From Candidatus Obscuribacteraceae bacterium (GTDB lineage Bacteria; Cyanobacteriota; Vampirovibrionia; Obscuribacterales; Obscuribacteraceae): a stretch of 64,000 nucleotides of DNA. Positions 32,001 to 44,400 of this stretch are shown here, in pieces (the stretch's first letter is position 1; the number at the start of each line of letters is the position of its first letter). Location: the NCBI GenBank assembly GCA_044226015.1, contig JBGAHS010000009.1:256001-320000 (forward strand). The letters run 5' to 3'. A model generated the notes under the pieces. The model ran no database searches and was not told the DNA's origin. It saw only the letters and a list, made by a program, of their open reading frames with translations. Both the position numbers and the translations under genes were made by a program.

Positions 32001-35000
32001 AGTACACGGTTTCAGAAACACGTTTGTTATTCTCTGAGTATTGTGTGTCTACAATAGGCGCTGCAGCATCAGTTTGTTGAGCGGTTTCAGTACTGACATC
32101 CTTCGCCATGTCTTTCGAAGGCGAGGCATCAATCACATTTGCGTTGCTTTCCTGCTTAGCCATGTCCGGGGCTTTACTGGAATCAGCGACTCCTTCAACT
32201 GCATCTTTTGCCAGGTTTTCGTTAGATGCTGTTGCCGCTCCTGCAATTCTGTTTGCATCACCGAGAGACATTGCTTTGTCTACACTTTCAGCAACAGCGT
32301 TTTTGTTATTTTCTGGTTGCTTAGAATCACCGGCTCCGGCTTCTGACTTCGTCGCGTCGGTGCCCTTCGAGCCACCAACGGAAGAGGCTTCTGCCTTCGG
32401 CGCTTGGTCAGCTGTACTTGCTGGTGTCGCCTGGTCTTTGTTTTCCTGTTCTGGTTTTGGAAGGGCAAAGGCTTTGTTTTGAACGTCAGGGCTAACTGCG
32501 TTGCCAAAGATATCTTTGCTCGGGTCGGCGCCGGATCCGCTTAGTGACTTGCCACCGCCTACGGAGTCAATTTCTTCTTGAGATAGAGGTTTGACTTTCA
32601 TCATGCCTGAAGGGGAAGTAACGGCTTTGCCATCAGCTGAGAAAGAAGTTGTGAACTGCCCTGTAAAAGACTGTTCTCCCGGCGTCAAATTGGAAGCTTC
32701 AGATATTGGAATGAAGTGGTTCTGACCTTCGATATTACGAATAACGCAGGTTTCTGTCCCTTTGTCTTCATTGTTCGATTGAATAGTTGTTCTTGCAAGA
32801 GAGCCTTGCTTGTTGGGGTTCTTAGTGTTTGTAATGTCGCGAGACATGGTGGCTTCAGCAGATGTGGCACCTTGCTTTGGATATGGACCACCGTTACTCA
32901 ATAAGTTCATTGCTGCTTGCGAACTCATCATTTTCTCTTCGGCTGCCTTGTCGTCGCCAGCGTAAAGTTGCTGATGCGGAGAACCATCTAGACCGGTAGG
33001 TTTGCTTGCAGTGGATTTCTCCAAGCCCATCATGTTCTTTTCTGCAATAGATTTGTTTGCATTCGCATTGGCAGCAGTCGAACTGGACTGAGCTTGCGCA
33101 GCCAGTGCTGCATTCGCCATGTCTGCGGCTGCTGCTGCGAAACGTTGCTCATTCGCCTTGGCACTGCTGTTTGTGTCGGACGTTCCGTCGTTTTCTCGAC
33201 CGGCTATGCTCTTCTCTTTGCCCTCGCCACTGGCAGTTTTCGCATCAGCTTGATTGCTATTCTCAGCATGTGGCACTACAACTGCATTGCCAGAACCATC
33301 TGTGCTGGCTTTCCCAGCGCCTTCTACGCTTGCTTTTCCAGCTTCATTTCTTGTTGGGTCCGCTGCTGAATTTTGCAGCTCTGCGAAGGCGCTCTTTTCT
33401 TGCTTTTCTGCTGCTGGTTTCTCTGCGGATTCGGAGTCGCCACCATGCCTAGTTTTACTTGCTTCCTCAGCTCTCTGCAGCTCATTCTGTGTATCAGCTT
33501 TTTCTGGATGCTTCTGCTGCTCTGTTTGAGTTGCGTCTTTTTCGCTCTTCTCGACTTTGTCGAGGTTCTCAGCTTTTGGAGTGAAATCAGATTGCTCTTT
33601 TCTCTTTTCGTTATCTCCGCCATCTAGTTCGTTCTTCGCATCCGCTGAATTCTTAGGGTTTGTCTGATCTTCTACCTGTGATTTTTCAACTGAGGCGTCT
33701 GACTTGCTGCCTTGTGGTTCGCCACTGGACCTCGAAAAAATTTCTGTACTTTCGCTTGCGCGCTCTGCGACACCTGAACCTTCGCTGTGGCTAGCGTTAG
33801 TTTCGTTTCCGCCACCCGAGTGCGTGTCTTCGTGATACATCGCACTTGTTTCAGTAGCACCGGCCACAGCATTCGACTGAACGAATGATTCTGGTCTAAG
33901 TTCACCTGTGGCTTCAGTTGTTCCTTTCTCAGTGTTGACTCCTTCTTTGGCTGCCTCGGCACCTGCTGCAGCGGCTGCTTTCGCGCCGCTGTTTTCAGCA
34001 AACTCGACTTTTGAACCACCTTGACCGTCGTAGGTGATTTTGTCTCCATTAGCAAGGGTCGTGCTTTCAACTGAACCGTCTTTGTTGAAGTTGACAGTCG
34101 CACCCCCATCAGTTGGAGACATTTGTACGCTTGATACGTTGCCGTCAGTGTCAAAGTTGACTTTGCTTCCATCAGCGTTTTCAACACTAGTTGGGCGACC
34201 TTCGGTGTCGAAGTTTGTAGTGCTACCGCCTTCGCTTGGAGAGTTCGTAATGCTGGAGATTCTTCCCTGGTCGTCGTATCTGGCTTCGCCACCGTCTGCC
34301 GTTTTGATGCTAGAAATGTTGCCGGTTTCTGGATTGTAGTTGACAGTTCCGCCACCATCTTCAGGGGCGTTTGTCACGCTTTCGACTCTACCCTTATCGT
34401 CGTAACGAACTTCGGCACCATTTTGCATCTGAACACTGGTGGGATTGCCAGTTTCAGGGTTGAAATTGATTCTAGAGCCGCCATCTTCTGGGGAAAGTGT
34501 GACGCTGGTAACTCGTCCCTGGTCGTCAAGTCCAACCTTACTTCCATCGTCCAATTGTACGTCCGATGGCTTGCCAGTATTGGTGTCGTAGTTAACCGTG
34601 TCGCCGCCGTCCTTCGGGGCGTTCTGAACGCTGCTCACGTTGTCATTCTGGTCGTAGGTTACCTTGCCACCAGCTTCAGTTTCCACCTGCTCGACGTGTC
34701 TGTCGGCTCCATAAGTGACAGTGCCACCGCCATCATCAACTGAATTTTTCACTTGATTGAGTTGACCGTTGACGAATGTGGCTTCCGCACCATTATCGAG
34801 CGTGGTCTTTGTAATTTCACCATTCTTCAGTTCTACTTTGCCACCACCATCTTCAACGGAATTCTGAATCAGGCTTTCTTTTCCTTCGTTGTCATAAGTC
34901 ACATGGCCGCCATTAGCAGTTGTGACGTCTGCAACTTTTCCGTCCTGATAATTGACGACACTGTTGTCTGGGTTGGTTGTTTTGACAGGATTGTCGTTAC

Positions 35001-38000
35001 CGTCGTATTCGACCTTACCGCCATTGGCAGTGGTTTGCGAAACCACCTTGTTCTGGTCATCGAACTCTGTTACTGCACCGTTTGTCTTATTGGTGAGTGT
35101 TGATTCTCCGTTGGTACCGAATTGCAGTCGTGAATTTTGAGATTCAATGGACAGCAATTTGCCAGCTTCATTTCTTTCAACTTTGAGGTGCCCGAGTTCT
35201 GCTGCGTCACCCTCAGCTATTGTTTTTCCACTCTTATCTTGAGTGAATGTGGTGCCGTCCGCGTTGTAATACTCTTTGTGACCCTTACCATCCATGTAGA
35301 CCATGCTTGAGTCTGCATTGATTACGGTTCTTTCCTTTGGTTCTTTGGAGCCGTTTTCAAAGACAACTGAGCCGTCTTTGTTCTCGACCATTGTTGTGTC
35401 GCCGTATTTGGATACCGTGGTGCCGTCTGGGTTTACAGTTTCCGTCGGTTTTCCATCACTGCCGTATGTCGTGGATGACGGTTTGCCGCTTTCGCCGACA
35501 TCCCATGAGTTCACAACCTTTGTTGTGTTGTTGTTCTTGTCGGTTGTGATGGTCGAAGCATCATAAGTCGTAACGACCTTTTCGTTCTTGTTTTCCTTAA
35601 CAGAACTACCATCTTCATTTACTGTTTTGGTATCACTGCCGTCCTTGTTTGTTGTGAAGGACCCTTTGTTATCGGCGAGAGTGTATGTTGTGGTGCCGTC
35701 AGGATTCTCGGTCTTAGCACCAGATTTTAAGGCTGCCTCTCTTGTCGCGGCAGCTTTCTTTTCAGCATCAGCACCATCTTGTTTTGTTAAATCAGAGAAT
35801 TGATTGGTGAGATTGGCACTGAGTCTAGTATCAATTGTTTGCTCAAGTGTTTTTGCGTGTTTTTCGTCAGTGATGTTGGCTGCATCTTTGACTTTCAGGT
35901 AGAGTGCATCGCCCTTCGGTATAAGTTCCTGGCGCTGCTTTTGTGCATCATGACGCAGGTTGGCTGCGTCGTTCTGCGTGGTAACTGCGAGCGACTGAGC
36001 TTCTCTGCCTTCAACGGCCGTTTTATCCAGCGCTACTTTGTTGGTCTTATCAACCGCGGGAACTGTCTTATCGGTTGCTACCTTTCTAACATCACTAGCG
36101 TCACCCTTGGTGGTGTCAGCTGCCTTAACAGCGTCAAGACCCTCTACTTTCTTGTCGTTCGAAACAACTACTTCATCCCTCGCTGCAGCCTCCGTTTTTG
36201 GAGCTTGCTCTGCAACTTCGGTTGCTGCTTTAAGAGTTGCTTCGTTGTGTTCTAAATTCTTAAGCGCAGTTTCTTTCGGGGCATCCGCTTTCGCTATTTG
36301 ATCGGCTGCGTTCTTGATTGCTTTGTCTTCGAGCTGTTTGTCTGGTGCTGTTTCCTTACCCAGCTCTTCTGGCTTCTTGTTCAGGTCTTCTGGTTTAGCT
36401 GATTCTTGCTTAGCGGTTGCGTCCAGGTTATTTTGAGTCTGTCCATCTTTTGAACCGTCAACAGATGTTTTTGCTGTGTCTGTAAGCTTCGCGTCAGCTG
36501 CCATTCCATCTGCATTTTTCTGATTTTCTGTACCATCGGCGGATTTTCTGGCTGCCTCGGTTTGTTTAGTGTCAGCAACCGTGCCATCAGGGTTCAGATT
36601 TGTCGTTGTGTTATCTAACGAGCCATCGGCAGATTTCTTTGCCGCGTCGGTTTGTTTTGCGTCAGCAACGGTTCCGTCTGGGTTAAACTTCCCAGTCGTG
36701 CTAACGTTCGCCCCATCGTTGCCCGACTCTCCATTCTGTGCCTTAGCCTTTTCTGCTTCGGCTTTTTGGGCTTCCGCTTTCTGAGCTTCAGTTTCTGCTG
36801 CAGCTTCGTTCTCGTCAGACTTTTGCTCTTTTGTTTCCTCTGTTTTCTTTCCGTCGACCGGCTTGCCTGAAGCATCTGCAGCCTGAGATTCTTGATCTTT
36901 GTTCTGCTGATCTTGAACTTTGGCGTCAGCTTTTCCCGCGTCTTGCCCCGGGCGATGTTGTATGACAGTGCCACCAGCTATCGTCGAGTCGTCTGCACCT
37001 GCTTGCTTTTGCTCAGCGGCTTTCTTGTTTTCTTCCTCTGACTTCTTATCTTTGGCTTCTTTACCAGTTTCACCTGGTTTTTGTTCTGCCTCCGTTATGT
37101 CCTTGTCTTTGTTCTTGGCTTGACCTGGTTTATCTTTGTTTGCGTCGTCTTTCTGTGCGTCTGTGCTCTTCGGCTCGGTGTCATTGGCGTCAGATTCATT
37201 CTTTTCGTTTTTCTTGCCTTCGGCTTTAGCTAGAGCTTTGTCTTTGTTTTGACCGGACTTGTCGGCGTCGGTGTCGTTTTGTTCTCCAGCAGCTTCTTCT
37301 GCAGACTTAGCGCTGCTAGGTTTGCCCTTGTCGTTTGATTTTTTTGCATCGACATCGGCATTGTTTGTCTGCCCATCGGTGCTCTGACCTTCGGTTTCTC
37401 CGGATTCTTTGGAGTCTTTCGAATCCTTGCCTTTCTGATTTGCATCTTTGTTTGCAGGGTCTTTGTCGTTGCCTTCTTTGCCAGCTTCGTCTTTCTTTCC
37501 ATCAGCGCCGCTGTTCTTTGCCGGATCTTTATCGCTCTGATTTCCAGATTTGTTTTCCTGGTTTTTGTCCCCTTCTCCAGGATTATTTTCCTGGTTCTTA
37601 CCGTCTTCTGCAGTTTTGTTGTTTTTGTCTTTTCCAGCTTTGTCTGCGGTGGGATCTTCGCCACCTTCAGCAGTTTTGTTTTCGCCGTCTTTGCCTGCTT
37701 CTTTGGATTTCTTGTCACCTTTTGGTTTCTTTCCGTCAATTGCAACGTCTGTCAGACCGGATGCATTCTCGCCACCCTGCATCGGCTTACCGGTGAGGTC
37801 GCCTTTCTCGACCTTTCCAACAATTGACGGAGCTCGACCCTGGTCGATCTTCTCCATCGTCTGGTTGTTTTTGGCTTCGTCGGCGCGAGCGTTGTTAATC
37901 GCTTTGTTATCCTCCGGTTTTATCTCAACCTTCGGAGCTTCTTGCTGTTGCTCTGAATGTTTTTCGGAGGAATCTGGCTTTTTGTTGTCGATTTCATCTG

Positions 38001-38004
38001 CCAT
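20075..38004 (-). CDS. Giant repeat protein 1 with C-terminal tandem LysM domains (about 5976 aa if the frameshift at ~24681-24697 is repaired)
   Basis: ORFs 24331..38004 and 20075..24340 join through the TTASDATTAPATG repeat. One unit lacks CA and has an extra C (net -1). The downstream frame is open back to that point. Contains YD/NPDG beta-hairpin repeats and LysM motifs YVVLPGDTLESIA and YTCRLGDTLRSIA. Confidence 0.85.
24474..25029. repeat. 39-bp coding tandem repeat, about 14 units (TTASDATTAPATG)
   Basis: Unit GTAGCATCGCTTGCAGTGGTGCCGGTAGCCGGAGCTGTT repeated head to tail with no spacers; the unit at 24669-24706 is 38 bp. Confidence 0.95.
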
Positions 38005-38248
38005 GACGATTGCCCTTTAGTCTGTGACGAGCGTGCTGATAGCGCTAATATCCGGATTTACCGGTAATTTCGCGGTTTTGGACTTCCATTTGGACTAGTA
38101 AATTCAGAGTTTTGCAGCCTCGAAGTGAGACCGACTCTGAAACCCCTCACGAAGCCATCAGCGGCTCGTGCATGTAGTCCTGAGGCATTTATTCCCGCTA
38201 AGTGGGGTAGCCTGAGGGCGGGGTGCCAGCATAGTTGCCAGCAGGTCA

Positions 38249-38277
38249 ATGGTAAGTTAAAGTATCTCTAATGTCAA
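38249..38277 (-). promoter_or_regulatory. Sigma70-type promoter of giant gene 1
   Basis: Minus strand TTGACA (38277-38272), 17-bp spacer, TACCAT (38254-38249), about 245 bp upstream of the ATG. Confidence 0.7.
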
Positions 38278-38414
38278 TGAAAAGGCAGGTTAAACGTGGG
38301 TTCCGAAGCTTAGAAAGTTGTGGAATTTCTGTTAGAGCTGACACTGATATACGTCAAATCTGCCTGTTGACAACTCGTGTCCAAGCACTATTTAGTCGAG
38401 AATTAATCTTAAAT

Positions 38415-41400
38415 TTAGGCTGAAACGCTCTGTAAGAAGACCTTTAGATACTTCTGCCAGTTCTTGTTCAGGTCATTGTTCGCCAATTGGCGACATTGGG
38501 CTAAAGGAAGTTGAATACTCTTGGTGTCTTTTGTGCCATCCATCTTATATTCGTGTCTCAAGGAAGAATCTTGCCCCACTTCGTAGAGAACGACAGGCAG
38601 CCAGTACTCATTTCTTCTGTATTCCAGTCGCAGCTTAAATCCTGCTTGTCCATCAGTGTTGTTAAAACTAACCAGTCGGCAGTCATTAGATAGATCCTTG
38701 ATTTGGTTTCTGTTTTCGCGGCTCGTTAAGCGCCGGTCGCCCGACCCTGTATCGTCAGCTAGTTCTTGAGATAGAGGGGAAGAGCTAGGTCCCGATTTTG
38801 GAGTCTGTGCTTCGTCAAAGGTCTGCCGTGTATTTTTTGCTTGGGCGAGGTAGTCTCGTGCGCCAGCAAAAATACGGGAATGGGTTATGTATTGGCTATC
38901 TTCGCTATCATCGACCGCTGGTAGCTCATCTTCTTCTATCCGTTCTGATATCACGGGTGGTGCTAGCTGAATCGGCGCTGAAGATGTTTGACCTGTTTTT
39001 GGCGAGCCATCGAACTCATAGTTGCATGATGCGCAAATTGGCGAGTTAATGCGGCACATCCTTGAGCATTGTGGACATTTCTTTTTGTTTGCCAAATCGG
39101 GCTTCGGCAGTGATAGCGAAATCTTCTTCTGCTTTTCCCTGAACGCCGCTATCTCCTGTGGCAGAGGTAATATGAGGGTTGCACCGCGCTCTAGTTCCGC
39201 AACCGGGTTGCCGCCCATATCTATCTCAGTGGATAGTCCGTTCAACTCTGCAATAAGCTTCCATAGAGTTGCATCCTTGATGGCTGGGTGCCGCATAGCG
39301 ATGCCTCTGAGTGTGTCGCCCAGGCGACAGAGGTACCTGATACGACCGTCGTCGACTTCTTGTTCGGGAAGCTTGCCCAGTGCCGCTTCCACGTTTGCCT
39401 TTCGCTTTTGCTCCGCAATGCTAAACTGTTTTGGAACCGAAGCTGCTTTCGCTGAAGGTTTTTCTTCGAAGTCGAAATCATATTCAAAGTTTTCTTGTTG
39501 AGTTCCAAACCAGCGCGTTTGGAATCGCTTCACTTCCATCTGGCTTGGCAATTGCAAAATCAATTTCGGCTTCAATTGTAAATAACGTTTCTCATCACGA
39601 ACCGTTACGGGAATGCGCGACTTGTTGATTTCGTAAATTAAGACTGCAAGCTTTTTGTTGAACAGTTTCTTCTGTGCAATAGACTCAAGAGTGTCTCCCG
39701 TTGCGACGACATAATTTTGTCGTCGCTCTAAATTCAGAAGGTCTTTTTGAGCTTTAATGCGATTCGCTTCTTCCTGAGCTTGTCTGGCTTTCAGCGCAGC
39801 CAGCATAGCGGCTGCATACCGTTTGGCTTCTTCTTCTCTGAGGCGGTCTTCTTGCTCTTTTCTGTCTTTCTCTGTTTCAAGATCTTTAGCCTTCTGCGTT
39901 CTCATTGCTTGATCGAGATCTTCTAGTTTTTCGACAAGCTGGTTAGGATCGGCTACATTGAGAGCGCTGATTTGCTCTGCAAAACTCGGATTAGAGATAA
40001 CTTCGGCAACCTGTTCACCTAGATTGATAAATGATCCAGCAGAGCTGATTTCGTCCGCTGCACCTGATATGGTGCCTTCGCCGTGCATATTGCCTGTGAC
40101 AAGTCCATTAACTATTTCGCCAGCAATGGGGGAAATCGCTGGAGAATTCTCAGCAATCATCGGAGCCAATGCATCTGCGATCGTGTTGGGCAAGTCTTGC
40201 TTAATGGATGGCGGAATATGGCTGATTGCCTCCTGCACGGAACCGGATAGTGGCGGGGCATCATTTGCTATCGGCAGGTGCGCGCTGGGCGCGTCAAAGT
40301 CAGATCTCTGAATTACGGGATCGATTAGCGGCGCTATGAAGTTTTGAATTTGGAAGCTAGCCTGGCTCGACTGTTCGATTACGTCTATGTGCTTGTCTTC
40401 GCTACGCGAGATAGCATTCTGATCTGCTTCCAGTTGTTTGATTAGGTTCAGATTCGTCGCAATTTGCTCTGCTGAGGTCAGGGGCATGTTCTCCGCTTGA
40501 CCATGCTGTGCTTGCTCGGCTTGATGCCCGCCTTGCGGTATCGCATGCGGTGGCTGATGGCGGAACTGTTCCAGAAGCGACTCTACGATGAACTCACTCG
40601 TTGGATGTTGCGCCTGCTGCGTCGGATGCTGAGACTGCTCGTGCTGAGCAGCATCGGCATCGTCTCTGTGGCTTCGGGTATGCCTTTCCTCTAAATCAGT
40701 TTGCAAGTGGCTACCGTCAGTGCGAGTCGAAGTCTCAGCAGGCTGTGTATTCGGCAGCCCTTGAGATGATGGGCTCTGAGTAGGAGACTGCTCTAATTTG
40801 CCAGGCTCTGTACCCGAATTTGTGCCATGCCCACCCTGGTTCGAGATTGGTATCTCCTGTGGTGGCAAGCTTGTTGGTGGGTGCTCAGGAGGCACTGGCA
40901 TACCAGGCAACGGAGTCTTAGATTCGTCGTTGTGGTTGCTGCTGGTAGCAGGAATATCCGGATTCACCGGTTTCTCGATTGGAATCGGTAAATCTATTGG
41001 TTCATGAGTCTTGTCTTTGTCGATCGGTGTGCTGTCAGGACCCTGCTGTGGATGGTGTTCGCGGTCTGGAAGCGGATGCTCCGGAGGTTTTGGTCGTCCA
41101 TCGGGCTTCGGTACCGTCTGCTCGCCATCGTTTGTCGTTGGACCCGGAGTGGGTGGAGTTCTGTCTGTATCCCTATCGACTGGTCCATGCTGAGGCTGTG
41201 TTTGGGTATCCTTGTCCGTTGGTACATGTGGATCTCTGTCCGTTGGTACACGTGTAGGATGTGTCTGTGTATCCCTGTCCGTCGGTACCTGGGGTGCTTG
41301 TGTCTGTGTATCCCTGTCCGTCGGTACCTGTGGTGGCTGTGTCTGTGTATCCCTGTCCGTTGGTAGATGTGTAGGCTGCGTTTGTGTATCCCTCTCCGTT

Positions 41401-44400
41401 GGTACACGTGAAGGCTGTGTTTGTGAATCCCTGTCCGTCGGTACCGGTTGAGGCTGTGTCTGTGAATCCCTGTCCGTCGGTACCGGTTGAGGCTGTGTCT
41501 GTGAATCCCTGTCCGTTGGTAGATGTGTAGGCTGCGTTTGTGTATCCCTGTCCGTTGGTACACGTGAAGGCTGTGTTTGTGAATCCCTGTCCGTCGGTAC
41601 ATGTGGAGGCTGTGTTTGAGTATCCCTGTCCGTACCATGAAATGGAATCGGCAACTCTTTGGGTTCGGGACCATGTATAGGTGGCGGCAAATCTCTGTTG
41701 TCTGGACCATGAGTCGGTACGGGCATGTCTCTTCTATCGGGCAATTGACGCGGTACCGGTAGCTCTATTCTGTCTGGTCCAGTTCCGGTCTCAATAGGAC
41801 GACCAGCGCCTTGATGTGAGGCAGCCGTGTCTGTCTTGTCTGCTCCCTGCGGTGCTGGCAGCGGCAGATCCTGTACCTTCGTGCTCCATGAATCAAGACG
41901 CTCTGTTACTTGATGGGCACGTTCGCCATCAAGATTCTTGTGGGACTCTGGGTGTTCTGAAACACGTGGACTGAACGAACCCTCTTTTACTTCTTTTTGA
42001 ATGTGCTCTATAGGTAGCGATGATGCGCTGGGTTCGGCGATGAATTCTGTTCGGCTTATGATTCCATGCAGTTTTGCCTGATTGGAATTATCACCTGTTT
42101 TTTGATCAAGGTCGCTGCTCAACTTTAAGTCAGGTAGAGGTTTGCCATCAGCTCCTAACTTGATTTCCTGAGCTTTAGTGTCACTCTGTTTGGAGTCTTG
42201 TGTCGATTTTGATTCAGAACCGTGTTTATCAACGCCAGGTTTAGACTCTGAGCTGGATTTTTCACCTGTCTTGCCGTCGACAAGTCGAGGCTCTCCTGCT
42301 TTTGAATCTCCAGCCTTTGACTCGATTACTTTTCCTTCTGTAGTTGAGGCTGTTTTCGCATCAGTGTTCTTCTGCTCGCCTGGCAATTTTAGATCACTCT
42401 GATGTCCTTTGGTTTCACCAGATTTAGATTCAGGAGCAGATAATGTTCTTGAGTCAGTGCTTGCTTTGGCATCAATAAGCGTGCCGGTCTTAGGATCGAT
42501 CTGGGCACCGCTCTTAGGATCAAACTGAGCGCCGGTCTTAGGATCGATCTGGGCGCCGCTCTTAGAATCAATCTGAGCGCCGGTCTTAGGATCGATCTGA
42601 GCACCGCTCTTAGGATCAATCTGGGCACCGCTCTTAGGATCAAACTGAGCGCCGGTCTTAGGATCGATCTGAGCACCGCTCTTAGGATCAATCTGAGCAC
42701 CGCTCTTAGGATCCACCTGAGCGCCTGTCTTAGGATCTATCTGAGCGCCGGTCTTAGAATCAACCTGAGCACCAGTCTTAGGATCTATCTGAGCGCCTGT
42801 CTTAGGATCCACCTGAGCGCCTGTCTTAGGATCAACCTGAGCACCAGTCTTAGGATCTATCTGAGCGCCGGTCTTAGGATCCACCTGAGCACCAGTCTTA
42901 GGATCTATCTGAGCGCCTGTCTTAGGATCGATCTGAGCACCTGTCTTAGGATCAACCTGAGCACCAGTTTTGGGATCTACCGAATGTGATTTAGGATCAT
43001 TTGTGGCATTGGGATCGTTTGATTGAGCTGATTTAGGATCATTTGAAGCCGCTTTCGGATCTACCGGAAGACCTGTTTTTGGATCCGTTCCGGTAATTTG
43101 GACTGAAGGTAGATTTGCGGGACCGACTTGCTGATTACCAGTTGCAGCTGGTCCTTGTGGATCGTTTGTTGGCTTCTGTCCTGCTGTGTTAGATGTATTG
43201 CCTTGTCCTAGCTGACTCAGACCTATACCAGGATCTTTCGAGCCTGCTTTTCCTCCAAGATCTGATGGGATATCAGCTCCTTTTTCGGGTTTACCACTTG
43301 GCGTTTCATTTCGTCCTTGAATGATACCGCCTGTAGTGACTGCCCCAGAGCCTTTCTCCCCGAAACTAATGGGCTTTGTGCTACCGAGAGATTCTCCGGT
43401 TTGCATTCCAGATTTTTCTGGAATCACAATCTTGCTATCGCGAGCATTTGGCTCTGTGTTTTTTCCACTGAGGTCGATGACTACCCGGCTTCCATCATTC
43501 TTAAGACCGCCTTCAATCGGTTTTCCTGTCACAGGGTCTACCGATCTATCTTGAGCTGCTTTAAGAACTCCACCATCAACTTTGCCATCTGCTTTAGAAG
43601 TTTCAATTGGGCGACCTGATGCATCTAGTTTGCCAGCATCGATGTTTCTTGAGCTTTGATCAGCGAGTCTGCCGTCTTTTGCGTTCTGCTCAATGCCTTT
43701 ACCCTCAATAGTCTTGGCGTCGACAGTTTTCAAATCTCCTGTCTTAGCATCAACTTTGGCGTCTCCCAGTTTTGCTTCGCCAATGTGAGACTTCGCCTCT
43801 GAAAGAATCTTCCCGAGGTTTACGGGGTCGCTTGCCGCGCTGTCTCTGGCGCGTTGCTCGTCTTTTCCATGTATTTCCAATCCTGTTTTTGCATCAATGA
43901 GCTTGCCGTCTGCAGTCTTGATGACGTCAACGGTTTTGACACTGTCCACAGATTTATTTTGTTCGGTGACTTTGGCTGAGTCCGAAGTCTTTTGAGCGTC
44001 TTGTGTTTTTGCGTCGGTGCTTGTTGAAGTCTTAGGGTCCTGTGCTTGTCCCTTGTTTTGCTCTTGAGATTTGGCAGGGTCTTGAATCTTCGATTCAGGC
44101 TGAACTTTTACATCGCCCTCAATTTTATTCTCTTGTTTGGGCAATGTGTCATTGGTTTGCTTGGGCTGTTCTGGCTTGTATTCTTGTTTTGATTGTTCTT
44201 GCCGAATTTGCTCTTGTTTTACTTCCTGTCTTACCTGCTCATGCCTTACCTGCTCTTGCCTTGCTTCTACCGCTTTTGCTTCCGCCATTTTTAAGGCAAT
44301 TTCGAAGGCTTTAATGTAGTCCAAGTTCTGGGAACCGCCACCATCTTTTCCTCCGCCGGTGGGTGGATTGGTTGTGCCCGTTGGCGTCGTTGTTGTTGTT

